Assembly: GCF_002571385.2 (NCBI RefSeq)
Contig: NW_019218225.1
Location: 166,586 to 230,585 of the forward strand
Origin: Stylophora pistillata
Lineage: Eukaryota
Reading direction: 5' to 3'
DNA length: 64,000 nt
Both the position numbers and the translations under genes were made by a program. Shown one piece after another: positions 63,037 to 64,000 of this stretch. Position 1 is the stretch's first letter. Every line of letters begins with the position of its first letter. Below the pieces are notes generated by a model that searched no databases, was not told the origin of the DNA, and was given only the letters and a program-made list of their open reading frames with translations.

Positions 63037-64000
63037 GTAAGTAAAGTGATTCAACTTATTTAGGTTATTCCGAGTGCAGTGTAGCTGGATCACATGTATG
63101 TAGTAATGTTAAGTTGTAATTTGCTTTAAATCTAGAACTGACCAACTGATTATGAAATTAACCAAATTACTTTGCCACATGTCCACTCAAAACACCCATT
63201 AGTTCTCAAAATCTCTTCAGCCATTCTCTGTTATCCTCCTTATTTTTGAGGAAATTTGTTGCTTCCATATGAAACTTGCCAACTGAGGCATTTGTCTCCT
63301 TTCTTCACGTGCTGGCTAGATTAAATACTAAAAAATTCCAGGCAAGTCTCTTGAGGGAGTCAACTGTGCAATTCTGCCCTTTTCATGATCACCCAAAGTT
63401 TCTAGTTTCTTTTTTTTTAAAGTGGCCATAACCCCCCAAAATTTTTTTGGCCATATTAAATCTCTCTATTGCACTGAGCAAAATGCCGCAAAAAAAATTT
63501 GTGTTTCGTTAAAACCGCGATTTTTTATGATTTTTCAAGGTCAGGTTTATTTTTCGAACGACCGAGTGAACCAGAGACTGGTGCCAGTGACATCATTCCA
63601 GGCCATCGGCAGTGGCACTCCAATCCAATCTCAGTCAATATTATACGTTCCCAACGAGATGAAACCTTCGCTTAAGCTTGATCTGGTAAATTTTTCTCAC
63701 CTTTCTCTTACTTCGCTCGCTTTCAGCTGATTTCGTTTCCTCAACATTTCATGCGTGAACAGTCAGAAAGACGCAAATTCCAACTCCATCTTTTCGCAAC
63801 CTTCATTGCATGGTCTCGCTAGTCAGAGCAGAAAACATGACTGAATAGTCTTCTTTTTTCGGAAGTGGTTGGAACACACGGCCAAGTATTTTGTGGACTT
63901 CCAATGTGCACGCTTCAATTGCACAAAGTCAACCCACTTCTTTCTTCTCTTTTTTTTCTCTGGGTCATCTGCCCCATAGAAAGGTATTAGATGAAGTGCT

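Noticed and set aside
63419-64000. Possible Kolobok-like element start (TTAA-AGTGGCC) and ORF 63422-63730
   Set aside because: The other terminus is not in the window and the ORF has no motifs.
1-64000. CRISPR array, rRNA or prokaryotic operon
   Set aside because: No repeat-spacer periodicity or rRNA motifs; the genes are spliceosomal.

Overview
AT-rich, intron-rich animal genomic DNA. The repeat families and gene content suggest a cnidarian, probably a stony coral; this is inference. There are three assembly gaps. Five host genes can be rebuilt by hand from GT-AG exons with consistent phases: (1) the 5' part of a KEOPS Pcc1/LAGE3 gene (minus); (2) an intronless class-2 DYRK kinase (DYRK2-like, plus); (3) a complete 8-exon FBXL5 iron/oxygen-sensor F-box gene (minus, about 605 aa); (4) an approximately 19-exon, 625-aa coiled-coil protein with a C-terminal C1q/TNF-like beta domain of a type recalled mainly from flagellated protists (plus), almost invisible in the ORF track; (5) the first 13 exons of an LRIG-like LRR receptor (plus, runs off the window). 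Mobile DNA includes a 5'-truncated CR1/L2-group LINE and a tRNA-derived SINE that share a 3' tail, two tiny TSD-flanked Penelope-type inserts carrying minimal hammerhead ribozymes, a 1.7-kb TIR element with a 7-bp TSD that holds a 0.7-kb hairpin, CRE-like and Penelope RT relics, Crypton-like palindromic repeats and several MITE families. Family assignments come from recalled motifs, not from database searches.
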